In this document: positions 60,907 to 64,000 of the stretch, one piece after another
How the letters are laid out: every line of letters starts with the position of its first letter
How positions within the stretch are numbered: position 1 is the stretch's first letter
From: Balanoglossus misakiensis
Taxonomy: Eukaryota; Animalia; Hemichordata
Direction: 5' to 3'
Assembly (NCBI GenBank): GCA_040954595.2
Contig: CM082578.2
Coordinates: 15,360,998-15,424,997 of the forward strand
DNA: 64,000 nt
The notes under the pieces: generated by a model
Told to the model about the DNA's origin: nothing
What the model saw: only the letters and a program-made list of their open reading frames with translations
Database searches by the model: none
Made by a program: the position numbers and the translations under genes

Positions 60907-62004
60907 ATGTCTAAACCAAAGATGGTGTGTGTTGATGACTATGAAAATCATGCAAAGCAACACTTGAGCGAGCCAATGAGGATCTATTACGCTACAGGTG
61001 CTGACGAAGAAATAACTTTGCATGAAAACAAAAGGGCATTCCGGCGTTTGAAAATAATACCCAGGGTTCTCAGGGATGTCTCAAACATCGATTTGTCTAC
61101 ATCCGTTCTCGGCCAACACATCGATTTCCCAGTTGGTATTTCACCGACTGGAAGTCACCGTTTGGCCTGCGATGAAGGGGAGATCGCCACAGCCAGAGCG
61201 GCAAAGGGCATGGAGACATGCATGGTGTTGAGCATGTCTACAACACGGTCTGTGGAGGAAGTGAGTGAGTGCGCCCCCGGCGGTCTCCGATGGTTCCAGA
61301 TGTTCATTTGGCGGCGGCGCTCGGTGACTGTTGATCTGGTGAAGAGAGTCGAAGCTGCCGGTTTTAAAGCGTTGGTCCTATCAGTGGATGCACCGTTTAT
61401 AGGAAAACGACGACGTACTACTGTTAGCGTGGCAATAGAACCACACTTGAAACGCCCCCACATGCCGAAAGCACTTTCCGAAGAAGTGATTAACAAAGCG
61501 GCTGAACGATCATCTTCCCCAATGCCTTTCTTTGACCCATCGCTCACCTGGGAGTGCGTTGATTGGCTGAAATCCATCACCAATCTGCCGATTGTTCTGA
61601 AGGGCATTCTTAGCCCCGAAGATGCTCTGTTGGCTGTGCAGCACAAAGTTGCTGGTATCTTGGTGTCTAATCACGGAGGCAGACAGTTAGATTGTGTTCC
61701 TGCAACCATAGAAGCCTTGCCCCAAATCGTGGAAGCAGTCAAAGGGAAAATTGAAATCTATTTGGATGGTGGTGTACGTACTGGTACAGATGTCTTCAAA
61801 GCATTGGCTTTAGGTGCCAAAGCTGTATTTGTTGGAAGACCAATAGTTTATGGCCTTTCATATGCGGGCGAAGTAGGGGCCAGACAGGTGTTGCAGATTC
61901 TGAAACATGAGTTGAGTTTGGCCATGGCTTTGTCTGGCTGCTCCAAGATCAGTGATATCAAGCCAGAATATGTCGTACATGAATCGTATTACGCAAAACT
62001 GTAA
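60907..62004 (+). CDS. HAO1: Alpha-hydroxy acid oxidase (HAO family), paralogue 3, 365 aa, PTS1 -AKL
   Basis: Single-exon CDS starting MSKPKMVCVDDYE after an acceptor at 60870-60871. SNHGGRQLD and the other motifs are intact; ends YYAKL*. Confidence 0.92.
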   Translation: MSKPKMVCVDDYENHAKQHLSEPMRIYYATGADEEITLHENKRAFRRLKIIPRVLRDVSNIDLSTSVLGQHIDFPVGISPTGSHRLACDEGEIATARAAKGMETCMVLSMSTTRSVEEVSECAPGGLRWFQMFIWRRRSVTVDLVKRVEAAGFKALVLSVDAPFIGKRRRTTVSVAIEPHLKRPHMPKALSEEVINKAAERSSSPMPFFDPSLTWECVDWLKSITNLPIVLKGILSPEDALLAVQHKVAGILVSNHGGRQLDCVPATIEALPQIVEAVKGKIEIYLDGGVRTGTDVFKALALGAKAVFVGRPIVYGLSYAGEVGARQVLQILKHELSLAMALSGCSKISDIKPEYVVHESYYAKL

Positions 62005-62489
62005 AAAATAAGGATTTTTTTCTCTAATATTTTCAGCATTATAAATTATGAATAAGGTTTACACGTGTTACAAAATCAAATCATGTTATGGGATTTGGTG
62101 CGTGGTTTATTTAGTAAGCTTAAAAACTAGCATGTAAGAAATTGTTAAACACCATTGTCAACTTCAACTATTAAAATGAGAACTGCACCCGTAAAAGATG
62201 CTGTTTCAAGTTCCACGACTTTCACAAAGTGAAACTTGCTTGAGGTGGTATTACATAAAAACATCTAAATCTACTGAGAAACTTCTAGCTATATCCTGTT
62301 GCTTGCACAGCGAGTAAAATTCCTTCCTCGAAAAATAAATATATCAATTCTTGGACGTGAAAACAAATCGCATCTCTTCCCCGAACCATCCCCGTCGAGA
62401 TGTAATGGAAGATTCCTAGAACCGACGGAAGTCGCGTTACTCATCTGCTAATACTCATTCCATCTTCAAGATCTGGCCACAAGGACGCA

Positions 62490-64000
62490 ATGGATGGACA
62501 GAAGAGGACATCGTATGCCGTCGGCAGCCGAAACCACACAGCCGTGGTTGCAATTCTTTTGGCATTGTTTGCTTTGAGCTGTAACATCTTGACGATTGTT
62601 TGGCTTTCCGAGATGAAAGTAAGAGTTAGCGAAATGGTAAGTAAGTTGTTTGATCATACTTGGCTATGAAACAACGCGTGACGATACCTTCTTTAGACAC
62701 TGTTTGCTTTGGGCTGTAAGGCCGTGATGATTGTTTGACTATCCTAAAGTGAAAGAGATCTGGTAAGATGGTAAGCGTAGTACTTATCAAATCTTTTACT
62801 GTACGGTTATGGAAAACATTCTGAACATACATCTTTCAGTGCGAATGGTATTTATCAGGCATACGGCTTAACCTTTACAGAAATTGACGTGTAGGATCGA
62901 AGAAGGCATTCTTGAAAATATATTGCTCGGACGGATTGTATTGCTTACGTGGCATAGGGTGGGCAATGTGATACCCACAAAGTGACAAGAGAAATATTTC
63001 CGAGGTTGTTGCAGCTGTTTTGTTGTGTCAAGTAAAATAAGCCAGCCAATATATGTTACTGTAAAGCTAAGTCACCGCAAATGCGAATAGCTAAAAGCAC
63101 GATGCCGCTCGCACGGGTCGATAGCTCGACTATAGTCTCCTCAGCGGAGAACAAAGAGACTTTGGCAGGCGAAGATGAATATACTAGAAATACTTGGCCA
63201 AAAACTGACCTCAACTACTGAATACATTGTTTACTTGAATACAGGAAAAACTCGTGAAATTCACACAGGATTCGGAGAATATTCGCTTAGCCAAACGTGA
63301 TGTCACTGACAGCACAGAAGGAAGGGGTATGTATAACTGTTGTGCTTTGGAGATCAAAACTTTGGTCTTTGTCTATGGTGCGGAGACCGACAGGTTTCAA
63401 CGCGTACTGTGATATGGGATCCCTTCAATCGATTCAGTGGAATATTGTCTTAACCATCATGCAACTACTGTACAATAGACTTTTGGCAGCCATGCTTTGA
63501 TATTGGTTATGACAGTTTCATTTCTTTCCATCGAAGTTGCCAACCCGTGTGGCATCATAGGAATATCTGGACCAGCTGGCGCTCCCGGGCCGGTAGGACC
63601 ACGTGGGTTACCTGGAGTCATAGGGCCACCGGGTTTGCAAGGTCCTGCAGGTAGAGATGGCAGAGATGGCTTGCCGGGTGAGCAGGGAAGTCTAGGTCCT
63701 GTAGGAGAGTCGGGGCCAAGAGGAAATGCCGGTCCGAGGGGAGAAAACGGAGACCAAGGAATACGTGGGAAGGCTGGACCAGGTAAGACGTTCAAGTGTG
63801 TCCTCCTGTGTCTCATTAGACTATATAAGAAAAAAAGTGTAGAAATGATGATTTCACCATGATATCATAAAACACATAATCTGTTCCACTCCCCAGCTGG
63901 ACTGCGTGGACCACCAGGAACCCCTGGTCTTCCAGGGCCAACAGCACCACCTGTCGACGTTCCAGAAATCGTAGAAAACGTCCGCAATGGAGTCCGAAAT
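62490..64000 (+). CDS. Type II transmembrane collagen-domain protein, 5' portion (continues beyond the window)
   Basis: In-frame exons: 62490-62636 (MDGQKRTSYAVGSRNHT-AVVAILLALFALSCNILTIVWL-SEMKVRVSEM), 63245-63326 (EKLVKFTQDSENIRLAKRDVTDSTEGR), 63537-63782 and 63897->64000. They give 31 uninterrupted Gly-X-Y triplets including GRDGRDGLP, then APPVDVPEIVENVRNGVRN. Confidence 0.78.

Noticed and set aside
1-64000. CRISPR arrays, rRNA/tRNA genes, autonomous transposons or horizontally acquired prokaryotic operons
   Set aside because: None recognised. The intronless HAO and CK coding exons have spliceosomal acceptors and animal-type sequences, and the HAOs carry PTS1, so bacterial origin is not indicated.

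Overview
Intron-rich animal genomic DNA, AT-rich with mosaic CpG depletion. The gene content suggests a marine invertebrate, plausibly an ambulacrarian such as a hemichordate or echinoderm (inference). Hand-spliced gene models, left to right: (1) the 3' six exons of an FGD5/FGD6-type FYVE-PH RhoGEF (+). (2) A three-domain flagellar-type creatine kinase (+) whose whole catalytic triplet sits in one 3.4-kb exon and whose acylated N-terminal leader is assembled from a 31-nt start exon, 10-nt and 10/15-nt microexons and a 183-nt cassette, flanked by RFX X-boxes and RBFOX motifs. (3) A NUAK/ARK5 kinase (-) with five GILK/SILK motifs. (4-5) Two tandem 11-exon N-WASP paralogues (+). (6-8) Three tandem hydroxyacid oxidase (HAO) paralogues with intronless coding regions, near-identical 3' halves and divergent substrate-pocket residues. 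(9) The 5' part of a type II transmembrane collagen-domain gene running off the window. Several small MITE-like elements, hairpins and microsatellites are also present. No prokaryotic features, CRISPR arrays or recognisable RNA genes were seen. All exon coordinates come from manual reading of GT-AG sites and reading-frame phase and need RNA-seq confirmation.
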